Source: Chrysomallon squamiferum
Taxonomy: Eukaryota > Animalia > Mollusca
DNA: 64,000 nt
NCBI GenBank assembly: GCA_012295275.1
Contig: CM022671.1
Coordinates: forward strand, 12,834,001 to 12,898,000
Direction of reading: 5' to 3'
Position 1 is the first letter of the stretch, and every line of letters starts with the position of its first letter. The notes below the pieces were generated by a model that worked only from the letters and a program-made list of their open reading frames with translations, ran no database searches and was not told the origin of the DNA. The position numbers and the translations under genes are program-made. Shown in pieces: positions 52,001-64,000 of this stretch.

Positions 52001-55000
52001 GGATTGCTTTCAGAAAAGTCTGTTTAAATTCAACAATTCTTTAACATTTGGAGACAATATTCAGTGCACAGAACAATCCATTTCAATTTGAAACCAAATG
52101 AGTGCATTCTATATATAGAATTCAGTGAGAACTATTTCACACTGTATGTTGGCCAAGAAACCATTCCAGTTTGTACACTATCACTGTCAATGCAACATGT
52201 CTCAGCTATGATACTAGATTTGGTCTGGAGCAACATCCCAAAGTAACCAACAACTCTGCATGTTTGGGGTGACTGACCCACCACTCAGTATAAGCAGAAA
52301 GGAAATTTCTTTCTCTTGTCAAATTGAACCTTTCAAATTTGGATTCACATATTTTTTCTGAAAGCAATCCCAGAAAGGGTGCTCTAGATGTGGAAAATTT
52401 TACTAAATATCTCCAAAGAATTGGTACATTGCCTACTTTAAAATGCACAATGAGGCTATACCAGATAATATGTTGTTCTTTTTGGAAGCTAAGTTAGTTG
52501 TGAGTTGTGTCTGTAGTGCTGTCAATAAGTTGGACTGCCCCTATTTTGACTTCAGCATTTTGAAATAGAAGTTGCCACCATCAAATCTTCTAGTCAGACC
52601 CAAAATGATATAATATGTAAGTCTACTGGTATGACGTCTGTTACCCAAAGCCACAACATGTTACAAAATACCCTCAATCATTCTTGCCAATGACCTGCCT
52701 AGGCCAGATAGTTTCAACAAAGATCATGTTGGACAGTACTGTATTATAAAATACAACGAGAAGATGTAAATAATGAAGATGATATTAAAGTGAAACAAAT
52801 TTTACTAGCCCAGACCTAAAGAGAACATAAGCTGCTATTCAGATATCAGTGTAATCTGTCTCACTCATAAACCTACAGCACTTTAGCATGGATACTAAGT
52901 TATGGGCAATCACTGACAAACATGGAACCATGCACATGAATTATGCCGTATTTTCCACAGATTGTCACTACTGAAATGTGTAGCATATGATGAAAATTAC
53001 ACTGCTGAAGCTGTATTATTAATTTTAAAATTACTATACCATGTACTGATTCATTGCTCCAGATTTTGCATTACTTTTTATAGTCACAGTTTACAGTGTT
53101 TTACACAATGAAATTACTCCAGTCTCAACTTACATACATGTATGTTGTCTGTAATCCATTATTGCTGTATCTTGGATGTCATGAATACTAGTACTGGCAC
53201 ATTTTTGAAAATTCATTTCACTGCTTCAGATGATATTCATAAGTTTATTCTTTTATTAATCTGTGAAAATAGTTATTCTTATGTCAATCTGTGATTGGTA
53301 TTACCATACATCAATGGTGTTACCATTCTATCATTTTTGTTATTCACTAATAATCACCTTGTCGAATTGATATATCCTTTAATCTTAAATTGATGGGTGC
53401 TGTCTGAAGCAAATATATGTAAATTATTTTTCAGTGATTAAATTGCCTAATCAGGATATTTTTTTTCACAACATGCTGTTGCTATTATATCTGTATTGCC
53501 ACAGATACAACTAAATCAACAGCAAAGATGGATTTGTTCAAAATACAGCTTGTCTTTTGTAAAATCTCTTTAAAAAAGACTATTTTTAAATTGTGCTTAA
53601 CAGGTCAGTTTAATTTGTAGCTATAAGATTTCACTGCATGTGTATGGTAACACAAAAGTCTAAAACATGGGTCCATGTCAGACAGTTGATATATTTTTAG
53701 TGCTTTTCAGTCATTAATATCTATATTTTCAACAAATAAGAAATGAACAGTTATTTTCATACTAAATCTGTCTTGATTTAATCACTCAGAAACACATTCC
53801 AATTAAAGAATGACTCATATATCCTCTAATGGAAATCATTTTCTGCTGAAATTATTTTGTTCATGCTAGGACAATAAGTAGAATGGGGATGACAGCTTCT
53901 TCATTTATTTAAACAAAAAACGTGTTTACGAATAAACAAATTATATATTACTTAAAGGAAAATCAAAAAACATATAAAGTGTAGTATAAATGGCAATTTA
54001 ATGTATTCAACCAACCTCATTTAGCTGTGTACAACATTCTAGTTTTTCCTTCTCTAACTGTGCGATCTACAAATTAAAATTATTTCAATGAAATGTGGTT
54101 CTTTTTTGGATAGAGTTACTTCTTATAAATTTGTTTTTATTTTTGTTTAACAGCATCAGTTCATTTTCAAGATGCTGAAATATGTAATTTAGAAATATAT
54201 TTTTTGAGATTTAGAGATTAAAACAACAAACAATATTTCATCGATAATAGATATTTTAAACTTAACAACTGACAAAAGATGGCAAAAAATACTGTTATGA
54301 CTGTAATATATGGAAAAAGATTAATATTTATTTGTTGTTGTTTTTAATTGATTAAAATTATGTGATAAACTAGATCATAAATATATTTAATAATAGCTGA
54401 CCAACCTGTAACTCTGAAATTATTTTTATAATAACAAATTAGATAGTGATCCTAAAATCATTTGTTTTTTACCTGTTACTATAATTTCCACTGTTGTGCA
54501 AGTTATTGTAATTTTTTAATTTTAAAATGGCTGACAATACATGTCACTTTAAGGACAAATTATATTTTGAAATCTTACTTAGGTAAATGAAAACATTAAA
54601 CTCTTAAAACAAAAAGTGAAAGAAATGATAAACTAAATAAGCTGAATATTTATTAATGAAAATATCTTGGGAATTCACAGTTTTAATAAAATTAACTTTT
54701 TATTAAGAAATTAATTTTCCTTATTTTAAATTAACAGATAAATATATAGAAAAGAAGGTATGAAAGTATATTTAAATTCATTTATATATAATATAATCTG
54801 ACAAACAAACACACACAAAATACAAACATTCTCACTCTCACACTTTCACATTCACACACAAACACAATCTCTCTCTCTCTGCTTGAAATTTAAACAATGA
54901 AAGAATATTCTAATACAGCTGATCTAGGCATCTAGAAGCTAATTAACATTAAATAAATATTATGCAAGAAAATGTCAACCTTCTTTTACTCTCATTGCAA

Positions 55001-57865
55001 GATAGAGAATGTGAGCATCAGTTTATTTTAATATACTTCCAATCTGAACACATTTTCTCATTAAAAATCATGCAGCCCACTCACCCGTAAACCAATTTTT
55101 GACAATGACATGATTTCATTTTCCCACATTCCTTTTGATTCCTGTGCTTCCTGTTCATAAGCAGCACGTTTAGCTGTTTCTTCCTAAAGATTATTAGCAA
55201 AACAGAGAAAGGTACAAAGAAAGGAAGAAAAAGCAACTAGCCTTAATAAATAGATTTTTTTTCAGTAATATATCCAGAATCCTTTACCCAATTTCTATTT
55301 CTATAAACAAAGTATTTTAATTAATAATAATGAAAAATCTAAAGAGGATGCAGGTGTAGAGTTGTGAATGTGAGCTTCATCTACCAAGCAGCAACTAGAA
55401 AACTGTGATACACTTTGAATACCACACTCACATCTTCAGTTTCAACATTATATTCAGAATCAGACAGCTGAAAGCAAATACTTATTCATTATTAGTAAAC
55501 AATGGAATACTGAGTAAAAATACAGTGATGTCTAACTGTTACCAATATATAACATGTGAAGTTTGTAATTCATTTTTTTTAAACTATTTTAAGTAAACAC
55601 AGAATATACATATATACACAATTATATTTTTCATGCAATTGCTGTACATTGTGGCAAAATATTATGATTATATAAATTTCTGTATTTTAATGCAGTTCAA
55701 AAATAAACTTTTTGGGACAGAACTTCATTTATTTTGATAAATTATATATATTATTCAATTTTATTTATTTAGTGTTTAATTGCTAATTTAGATCTCAAAA
55801 GAAAATGGTTTTTATTTGCAAAAAAAACAACAACAACAAATTGCTGTTAATTAAGACACAAAAATATTATTTTTGTATTATTTAGGACTGCAGGATAAAA
55901 TAAATAACTGGTCACTGTCATAAAATGCTTGGCCATAACATAAATAAATATTGATCACCCAAAGGCTTTGTTCACTTCACTAAATTCAAACAAGATGCTT
56001 ACAAGCATCCTAATTAATAATACAATAAGGTCATGATTTCAGATTATTTTGTCTGATTCAAATTTAAATGAACTAAGACTGTCTACATGTACAGTAAAAT
56101 CTTAGAAAATATATTTGTAAGTTATGTTTTAATCAGGCAAATTAAAAATCTTTAAAAATAAAATGAAGCAATCATCCCACACATGTAAGAAAAAGAAAAC
56201 AAAATGTCCACTTGGAACAAACAATGAAGATCTGACTCAAAACATGAAAAACTAGATTTCACAGTTTTGAATGAAGACTGTGGCACATGTGAAACATGTT
56301 GTGAACTTTTTACTGTCTCAACTTCTGGCTGCAAATTCGAATTTAAAATAATATTACTCTGACTGCCAGATCAAAAACAATTAAAAAAAAATGAAAATCT
56401 AGTCAAAATTTTAAATATATTCTTAATTATATTTACATTTGTTCCAATTTGTGGATAGCACAGCACAACAGACATGATACTGCATATGTATTGCACGCCA
56501 TGATACTTAAATTTCTATGTTCTTAAGGTGCAAATTAGTAAAACTGAAAAGTCTTAAAGGATTAGATAAACAAAAACAATAATTATATTATTTGAATTTC
56601 ACGTTTATATAAAGAAAAAGAACGTAACTATGTTTCATTAATAACACGTTTGTAGTAACATTCACATTCATACCATTTAAAGGAAGAAATAATATTATAA
56701 AATAAATCAAAAGTAAATTACCCCAAGCTTTTCCTCCATGTGGGCAGATGTTGTTTTCAAATTGGAACACAAAGCTTCCAAACTGCTTCGAACCTGAAGA
56801 TAAATTTTATGATTAGTTCTTAATAAAAAATACAAATGTACACCAGCATACACACATTTACATGTATAAAAGATAAAAGATAATATTTAAATCAGGGTTT
56901 TTAATCTTTATACTGTCTTTCTTTAATTAGCATTAAATGCTAGTTCATAAAAGAGAACTAGATGTTTAAGTCATCAAATAAAAAAATCATTTAAAATGTT
57001 TTTCCTTATTTTAAATTAACAGATGATTACAAATAGTATGAAAAAATATAATAAAAAATTACATAAAATAAGAACTGAAAATTTAATCTAATATTATATT
57101 TTCTTTTCTTTCAGCTGTTACCTTCTGAGAATCTTGGAGATCCTGAAAAAGCATATCAGCTCTCTCTTTTTGATGTTTGAGTTCAGTAATAAGGCGAGCA
57201 TTTTCCACTTCCAACCTTTGTCTAATTTCCTCATTATTTTCCTGGAAAATCCAAAACAAGAAAAAAAAGAAAAAAGGGATTATATTTGTTTCATTATATT
57301 CATATTAATGCAATAGAAAACTTTGTATGCTTCCTTGTAGCAGTAATAAGATTAAATTTGATGCAACACAGATAATAAAGCCATTAGTATTTCTAATGAC
57401 AGACTAAGAAAAAACAAACAGCAGTTTAAAAATGAGTAAAGGTAAGGTAATTAAGAAGATGTGTTTAATGACTTTGCTCTGATCTAGGTAGTTCTTCTGG
57501 GTTCCCCATGAAACTTTTACAGAAACCTGAATTTACATGAATAATATATGAACCTTGCTTTTGGTAAAGGCCTGCATATTTGCTGATGTATTAGCTAAAT
57601 GCTCTGTGTTACATAATGAAGTTTTCTCAGCTGCCTCCACACGCTGAACTAGTTCTCCAACACGGGTGTGTTCCTCTAACCATTTATCACGAGCATCATT
57701 ATATTTTTTCTGCAACTCTTGTATTTGTATCTGAAGTTGCTTTTGCTCAGCCTGTAACTGTTCTGCATTCTGAAAAGAACAAAAAATGTTACAAATATGT
57801 GCTAACCATGACATTTTACATATCAAACAGTCATATCTTTTTGATACTTAAAAATGGCCAATATA

Positions 57866-57908
<43 letters not shown>

Positions 57909-60900
57909 TTTTAGCTTGTGTCTCCAAATGAACTTGTTAATTTATTGACATACTTTATAATTAACAGACACTGGATATTAGTAACCAGTAAAACTATAAT
58001 TTAGAAATTTAAGTAATGTTTTCAGGCCATTTTATGGAAAACAAATATAAACTAGTAAATTTATATACAGTTACCTGTATTATTGTTACATGTTTTAATA
58101 AAACAAAAGGAACTGAATTTACAAAATATATCCCGCGTATGATATTGTCTGATCAAAATCATGACATGGCAACAAAATGCATGAATATGAAATGTAAATA
58201 ACCAATATAACCAACACATTCACCTTCTGAGCTAAATGAAGTGCTGTTTCTGTATTTGACATCTTTAAAATTAAGTCACCATGGTGCTGATTCAGTGTCT
58301 TCAAGTCACTTTCCACTGTGCATCGTTGATTTTCAGAATATCTTAACTTTTCTTGCAACTGAGTTACTGTTTGCATCATCTTTGCATTACGTTCTTCTAC
58401 AACTGCTTTTGCCTAGAGAAAAAATTAAAACAAGTCATTAAAATTTTAAAGATCAATAATGTTAACTGAATTTGAAACAAATGAAAACCACTTCATAAAA
58501 ATTGGTGAAAAACAATTCTGACACCACATTCAATGGCATGAACTATTCTAAAACAGTATAGCATTTGGTTTCTTTTTTGTAGAGCTGACTTAAATTTGGT
58601 AGAGCTGGGAATTACCATCAATAATAAAAGTTTAAGATGCATTTATCAGCATCTCCAGAAAGGGCTACAGATTAATAGTGAAGTCCTACTTGATTTCTTC
58701 CCAGAGAGATGCTTCCTCACCTGTTTTTGGTCCACATATAAAATCACTTGCTGATAAAATTAATAGCCGTCTCTAAGGTGGCAGAAGATTTCCTATATTA
58801 TTATCAGTTTGATTTGTATCATATAAAAAATGTCACATAACTTACCAATTAAAATTGCATGGACACAAATATGGCTAAAATTGCTTGAATATTTGAAGTG
58901 GTGACATATGATTTGCCAGGGATGGTAAGTGAAACTTTTATTATTCTAACATTTTTTTAATATATCATTTAAAGGTTTTTGCTACAACTGTAGTATCTTT
59001 TCTTATCAATTCTTACTTATAAAATGTGGAACTCTAGACTGCATTGTGGTCATACTTTCATCATGCATTAAACTGACAATGTAATATAATGCATCTCTGA
59101 CGTATATAGAAATTTAAAGAATTTTCATGTTACACATTCAAAATAAAACAAATAAGAATTGTTCTTTTTTTTAAGTACCTTTCTTGTTTCAGATTTTTTA
59201 GAAAAAAATTCCAGCGTAAACTATAACTAAATCCTTACAAATTTGGATTAAGGGAAAATTATATTTTTCTAAATGTTGAATCCCAACAAAAGATTATAAA
59301 ATAATTACTGAATTCTTTAAATTTCTAATTTAAAAATTCCAGTAAATTTGACAGCAATCTCAAATTTAGCTTTAGAAACTAAATATTTCCACCAAAATCC
59401 TCTCTGTTATCCTCCAAAGAAATCCTCCAAAGAAAAACCAACAATAATAAATTGTATGCAGTATACTACATACATACCTGTTCACTTTCAGCTCTAAGAC
59501 TCATGATCATGTTGTTATATTTCTCATGTATTTCATTGTTTGCATCATGTGAGACAGCATTCTTTAGAGCTTCAATCTGCTGATTAAGGGTAATATTTTC
59601 ATGCTGTATTTGGCTTAACCTGTGTAGGTATTATAAAAATATTAAAATAAAAGAATTAATGTTAATTAATAAACTGATCACTAATAAATCTCATACTTAC
59701 AAATATGGATTTTTTAATATTTTTTTAATACTAATGAGAAGTAAATAGATTTTATTAAAATGATGAATATATACAGACAAGCTATGTTTTGTCCAGAAAG
59801 TTAAAATAATTCTGAAAAGTATAAATATAATTTAAAATTACAAAAATATATTCACCTTTCTTGGAGTGACTCAATCTTTGACTGCTGTTTTGCATTCATC
59901 TCCTTAAAAACATAAAAAATTATGTAGGAAATTATACAGCAGTTTCTAATACTGTATCATATTTTACTATGTACTTATAAAAAATGCAAAAGTGGCCCAG
60001 CAAGAACTAAATTTAAATACTTACTTTTTAACTGTTATTTATTGATTTAATTTTTAAAACTTTCTGATAATTATAGTTATTTTTCTGTTATAAATTTCAA
60101 AGGTGAGTTACCATGTGAGTCTTATTTGTGTCATCAAGCAATGATTTCATTCTGTCTAGTTCTTGTTTGATTTGCTGTAGTTGATTTGTGCGTTCAAACA
60201 AAGATGTCTGAGAAATATTTATCTGTAAAGAAAACAAACCAAAATAAACAGAAATCTTTAAAATAAAGCATGCATACCACTAATGCTTATTAAATTTAAT
60301 GGGTAATTAAATATAGTTACTATATGATGGATATTCTTTGAATATGGTATCTCAATGATTTGAAAAAACACAAGAAAACAGATAAGAAACATTTTTGAAT
60401 AATGCCACTACATATTTGCTATTACAGCCAATTCCCACACTGCTACAACGGCAGCTGTTTCACCAATGCAAACATCCTAACAACTTGACCTTCTGCATGT
60501 GCATGTGCATGAATGCAGACATAAAAACTGAGAAATATTCTTTTTCTTTTCTTTTTTTTATGTTTAAACTGTATTAATAAGGCAAGATTCTATAATTCAG
60601 ATATCCTGAAAGAAAATGTTTGAAACCCTAATTATACATTTTTATTCTCCTTAATATACTTAGGAAAATATCAATACAAAATACTTTAATTTGGAAAATG
60701 AAATTATGTGTACCTCATTTTCCAGTTTGTTCATTTTAATTTCAGATGTTTTCAACATCTCTGTCAATTGCTGTTTAAAAATACAATAAAAAACAAGGGG
60801 TTAAAACAACAAATGAACATCATCATTTTTATAGTGTCAAAAATGAAATCCATTGAATCATTTACTTTGTAAAATATTAAATTCAGTTACAAATGTTCCA

Positions 60901-63900
60901 GGAATTGAAAACAGCACATATAAACAATTATAAAGATTATCATTTATCATGTGTTTGAATTTGAATCCAAGGGAAGAGAAATTTAAAAGAATAATGTTTA
61001 TTTCATTCTTTTAAAATTCTTTTTAAAAAAGGATCAACATTCATAAACTACATTTACCTGATTATTATTTTTCAGTTGTGCATTCTCGTTACATTTCTCT
61101 TCTATGTTGTTCTGGTACCTACATTTCTCTTGTTGTAATTCTCTACAATGAAAACAAATGTACAGGAATGTATAACTGTCAGTTTAATGAACAAAGCTTT
61201 TGTAATGAAATATTAGAGAATTATCACCATTAAGAATTTATTCCTTCAGAATTTTATTAGTATATCACTTGAGCAAGATGTCTTCATATGGAACTTTCTT
61301 ATGGTTTTTATTTTAATGACACACACAAACAAAACAAAACACACGCATGCACACACACACACAAACACACACACAGACACACACACTAAACACAGTAAAA
61401 ATAAAATCAGAACCAAACTTGACTAACTTCTCAATTTCATTCCTGGCCATGTTTGCCTCTTGCATCTGCAGCACTGTACTATTCAAAAGATTTATGGTAG
61501 ATTCCAGCTGAAAGTGAGTAAAATATTTTAAAATGATAATCTTGCTGTGCTTTTTTTTTTTGTTGTTGTTGAATACAAAATGTTTTGAAAATATTAAAGT
61601 TCTGATATTTAGAAAATGTTTTGCAATAAAAGTATGTTCCTAATCAACAATTTTACCAAAGCAATAGAACAGGAAAAAAAAAAAAATTCTCACTTTAGTT
61701 TCCATTTTTTCTTTGCTAGCTTTTTCTTTTTCTAGAGCCTCCTCAATAACCTTTTTCTCTGATTTCAGTTTGTTCAGCTGGATGCTGTAGTTACTTGCTG
61801 CCTTTGTAAGAGCATCTTCATGTAGTGCCTGACAGAAGTTGTACATCAAGTAAATAAGCTCAAATACAGTATTTTAAACAGATTTCATATGAAAAATATT
61901 TGTTAAATTAATGTAACAAAAATAAACAAATAAAAAGATATAGATGTATATTTTTGGTCTTGTTTATGTTATTTTCTGATTGTATTTGTCAAATTGTGAA
62001 TAACAAGTACATTAATCACTGCAAGAAAATTATAAATGAAATCTTTAAAAAACTCCAATAAAGATCCCATTGGAAAGTACATCATATGAAGAGGTGAAAA
62101 ATTAAATATTTACAATCTGCCCACTGATTTCTTCAAACTTTCTGCGTAGTTCTTCATTTTCTGCAGTCAGTAAAGAGTTTTCTTCTTGGAAACATTTACG
62201 TAGTTTATGCAATTCCAACTGAAGAGAAAAACTTAAATGTAAAAACATCTGAAATCTGGCATATACAGTCATTTGAAATAAATTTACATAAAACATCACT
62301 TCAGCTTTAAGCCAAACAAGTTGTTACCTGCTATGTGAAATAAACAGTTTTAGAGGGTTTTTGAGTAGTTGGTCTTTTTCTACACTATTTTGTTGGTTAT
62401 AATTTTTATTGTAATTATTTAATTTTTCTCTCTTGTTTTTGTCTGAAATTGTTCAGCATATCAATCTGTCTGTCTATAAATCCATGTCTATACCCACCCA
62501 TACACACACACACAAAATGCTAATATAGGTTTACTCACTTGGTAAAATATAATTCTGTATTTTTAAAACTTATGGCTACTTACTTTCAGTTGATATGCTT
62601 CAACTTTGAAATTCTGGGCCTGACTGTCTTCATTACCTTCCTCAACGGTGTTAGTCTACAGTCACAGGAAATTTATTACAGTAAACATACTATCACAGTT
62701 GTTTCAAAATTTACTTTACCAACATTCACTAACAAGTATCCAATTGTTACTAAAAATTCAAATAGATAGTAACAGATTTTATTTTGTAATTCCATCAGAC
62801 CAATAAAATATATAATTAGTTAATAAAAATTTTAATTATATAAAAATCCAGTTAGTTAGAATCATAAATTACTTATACATATTAAATGAAAAATAAATAA
62901 TATATTTATTGACCCAAAAAATAAATAAAAGATAATAAGCAAGATAAAAGTAGCTAGTGTACAAAATAAATATTTTATTAAAACCTTTACATCAGTGAAC
63001 TCCTTCATTTCATCTTGGTACTGCAGTTCCTCACGTCTTTGTAAATCTCGAGTATCTTTTAAAAACTTTATCTCGTGTTTCATTTCATTAAGAATGTTTT
63101 CAAGCTGAAAAAAAATTATTATTCGTGTAAGAAAAATAAATGATTTCTGAAATAAACAATAATTGTAACGTTCCATGCAATGGTCACATTCAAAATCAGA
63201 ATGTAGATATATATTATTTGCCTAATATGATTTTTATTTTAACCTAAACAGATATGTAAAATATATATTTGAAAACAAATAACATTTTTATCAATTAAAG
63301 AAAGACCACATTTCAGGGTAAGAGAAAGACCACTGAACCCTTACAATATTTATCACTTAGTTTCTAATGCATTTTGTATAGGCAGCTAATTACTTTTTTT
63401 CCTATTAATCAAAATGTGTGGATTAATAAAGTAAGATTTATGTTAACTTCCATCTAAAGAAAAAAGGTAGTTTAATCTGTATTAATATTCTAGATATCAT
63501 TTAAACATAATCATATAGTCCACTCTTTAATATGAACAACATAAAGTGAAAGACTGTTAAATGAACTTCAAATCAAACTGGACACAAATTTATGTTTCCA
63601 CTCAGCAGCAAAACTACAAACAGGAACATACAAAATCTGTCAACTTTTTTTCTAATTTAGCTTGTACCAATCATATTTATTGGCTGTATTTTTTATTAAC
63701 TTGTTCAATGTGCAGCGGATGTCCCTGTTTGGAAACGTTTATTGGATTATGCAAATTACTGTGCATAGATGAAGATCTCATTCAAGGCAAATTTCCCTGA
63801 ACAATAACCCTGGGTTATACAAATTCAATTTCACCTCTTTAATCTTGTTACATGCTGATTTTGACTCAAGTTCAGCATTTCTAAGGGACAACTCAGCTTT

Positions 63901-63919
63901 TTGTCTTGATTCAATTTCT
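45670..63919 (-). CDS. ANKRD26: ANKRD26-like protein, coiled-coil C-terminal part; 5' exons lie beyond the right edge
   Basis: Frame-consistent exons: 63919-63835, 63104-62985, 62655-62584, 62218-62114, 61828-61694, 61507-61428, 61142-61058, 60770-60714, 60222-60112, 59902-59856, 59619-59478, 58412-58224, 57769-57554, 57241-57122, 56793-56722, 55183-55085, 54066-54016, 50524-50451, 48824-48755, 48284-48183, 47423-47211, 46876-46698, 46414-46260, 45782-45670. KLNEVNRYLEEQA, YKKLYETEMKWRMRLS, QAELDRSIAKHLE and the end KASAEYSDLLKRKYCL* resemble the ANKRD26 C-terminus as I recall it. Ankyrin repeats are not in the window. Confidence 0.8.
49140..50290 (-). mobile_element. Mutator-like (MULE) transposase relic in an ANKRD26-like intron
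   Basis: GC-richer block with broken frames: GLACLPLNEIRKGLQFLR...DLLTYVDKTYI, LQHLADAD, and an upstream Cys/HNH zinc-finger-like stretch. Ends not defined. Confidence 0.6.
50850..53330 (+). mobile_element. Decayed DNA transposon, Sola2-like
   Basis: Ordered motif remnants IEFSENY (about 52115), GD*PTTQYKQKGNFFL (about 52270) and FSESNPRKGALDV (about 52355), matching the DFSENY / SDG..QYK / HGKG..DG pattern. Repeated GTCATTGGT-like subterminal motifs at both ends. The family name is from memory. Confidence 0.6.
57868..57907. repeat. (GT)n microsatellite
   Basis: Seen directly. Confidence 0.95.
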
Positions 63920-64000
63920 CTAAAAAAAAAGAAAAAGAAAAAAGAAACATTAAGAAAAAAAAAAGGAAAAAAGAATTATTCAGACATGAAAATAAACATA

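Noticed and set aside
56152-56334. Minus-strand ORF with repeated TVKSS as an extra ANKRD26-like exon
   Set aside because: The flanking exons already join in frame, no convincing splice sites were found, and it is not coiled-coil-like; probably a small internal duplication.
1-64000. U12-type introns, selenocysteine/readthrough stops, tRNA/rRNA genes, CRISPR arrays, prokaryotic operons
   Set aside because: No RTATCCT donors at the mapped introns, no in-frame TGA in any reconstructed gene, and no tRNA, rRNA or spaced-repeat structure seen; the window is eukaryotic.

Overview
AT-rich genomic DNA from an invertebrate animal (lophotrochozoan/mollusc-like by impression; the taxon cannot be fixed from the sequence). 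I reconstructed six intron-containing genes by hand from splice sites and reading frame: XPOT/exportin-T (-, runs off the left edge), RPL18A (+, complete, 176 aa), ACAD9 (-, complete, 631 aa), a CARD + death-domain adaptor like CRADD/RAIDD (+, 214 aa), a Rab29/Rab32/38-family GTPase (-, 211 aa, one GC-AG intron) and the C-terminal coiled-coil part of an ANKRD26-like gene (-, enters from the right edge). Decayed DNA transposons are present (full-length Tc1 DD34E, Tigger/pogo, MULE-like, Sola2-like, a hAT-type MITE, a foldback element). The main signal not in the ORF track is a small-RNA cluster in the RPL18A introns: a likely SNORA68 orthologue with degenerate sister copies, a C/D RNA predicted to guide U6 A70 methylation, a SNORA23-like H/ACA RNA, and further candidates. 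Other leads are an overlapping uORF on XPOT, a possible poison splice site in RPL18A, a double E-box palindrome before the Rab gene, and unexplained minus-strand splice signals at 41.7-44.5 kb. Homology calls rest on recalled reference sequences, not database searches. I found no clearly novel multi-gene system.
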